From: an uncultured Bacilli bacterium
Lineage (GTDB): Bacteria > Bacillota_I > Bacilli_A > RF39 > UBA660
Length of the DNA: 64,000 nt
Assembly: GCA_944363885.1 (NCBI GenBank)
Contig: CALVVO010000001.1
Span: 4,865-68,864 of the forward strand
Direction: 5' to 3'
Shown here piece by piece: positions 63,802 through 64,000 of this stretch. Both the position numbers and the translations under genes were made by a program. The notes beneath the pieces are model-generated. The model searched no databases. It was not told the origin of the DNA and saw only the letters and a list, made by a program, of their open reading frames with translations. Each line of letters starts with the position of its first letter. Positions within the stretch are counted from its first letter, which is position 1.

Positions 63802-64000
63802 ATGAAATATTTGAATATAGATCAGTATACTGCATTAAATGAAACATTAGAAAGTTATACTAATGTTTATCTTAAAAATAGTTTTTATAGAGATAATTTA
63901 AAGTTTTTTTTAGATAAAATCTACGAAATTGGCAATAGTGGAATTGAACGAATTCCTGTTAATTTTAAGAATCTTGATTATATATCTATCAACGATGGTA
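63802..64000 (+). CDS. Start of a hypothetical protein gene (partial; runs off the window)
   Basis: ATG at 63802 follows RBS-like AGGATTTAATT. Open frame MKYLNIDQYTALNETLESYTNVYLKN... to the window end. Confidence 0.3.
   Translation, partial: MKYLNIDQYTALNETLESYTNVYLKNSFYRDNLKFFLDKIYEIGNSGIERIPVNFKNLDYISINDG

Overview
This 64 kb window looks like chromosomal DNA from a very AT-rich (roughly one-quarter GC by eye), endospore-forming low-GC Firmicute (Clostridia/Bacilli-like), possibly with a streamlined genome. It is densely packed with housekeeping genes, and the Bacillus subtilis-like gene order is obvious. 

- **Start of window:** rpsU, yqeY, [murB], yqfC, yqfD, [vanZ-like], ybeY, dgkA, cdd, era, recO. 
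- **Upstream third:** T-box glyQS; sepF and divIVA; T-box ileS; an intact sigK; obg, yqeG, yqeH, mutL, miaA. 
- **Middle:** rpsT, gpr, spoIIP; uvrC, holA; nusB, xseA, xseB; spoIVB, uppS, spoIIM, mnmA. 
- **Downstream third:** zupT and a Ca-type P-type ATPase; deoB, xerD, rarA; tcdA, ttcA; aspS, hisS; a SpoVB/MurJ flippase; tgt and queA; trxA, cvpA, rnhC.

No rRNA, tRNA, CRISPR array, transposase or prophage was recognised. The candidates for something new are:

1. A RimK-type ATP-grasp ligase plus a 526-aa unknown partner, translationally coupled inside the otherwise universal queA-tgt queuosine operon.
2. A 639-aa SigE/SigK-clade sporulation-type sigma factor that lacks a pro-sequence and carries four tandem degenerate region-4-like repeats, next to a truncated IMPACT/YigZ gene.
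3. A tiny (SRNSS)n tandem-repeat ORF with its own RBS and terminator.
4. An orphan HslU/ClpX-like AAA+ ATPase with a novel Cys-containing N-terminal domain.
5. A twice-frameshifted pyrophosphatase-like pseudogene followed by duplicated hairpin elements.
6. An Asn/Thr-rich tandem-repeat membrane-anchored protein.
7. A GC-richer intergenic segment between ttcA and tcdA that I could not assign.

All calls rest on reading the six-frame translations and the DNA by eye, with no database search. Coordinates of regulatory elements are approximate to a few bases.
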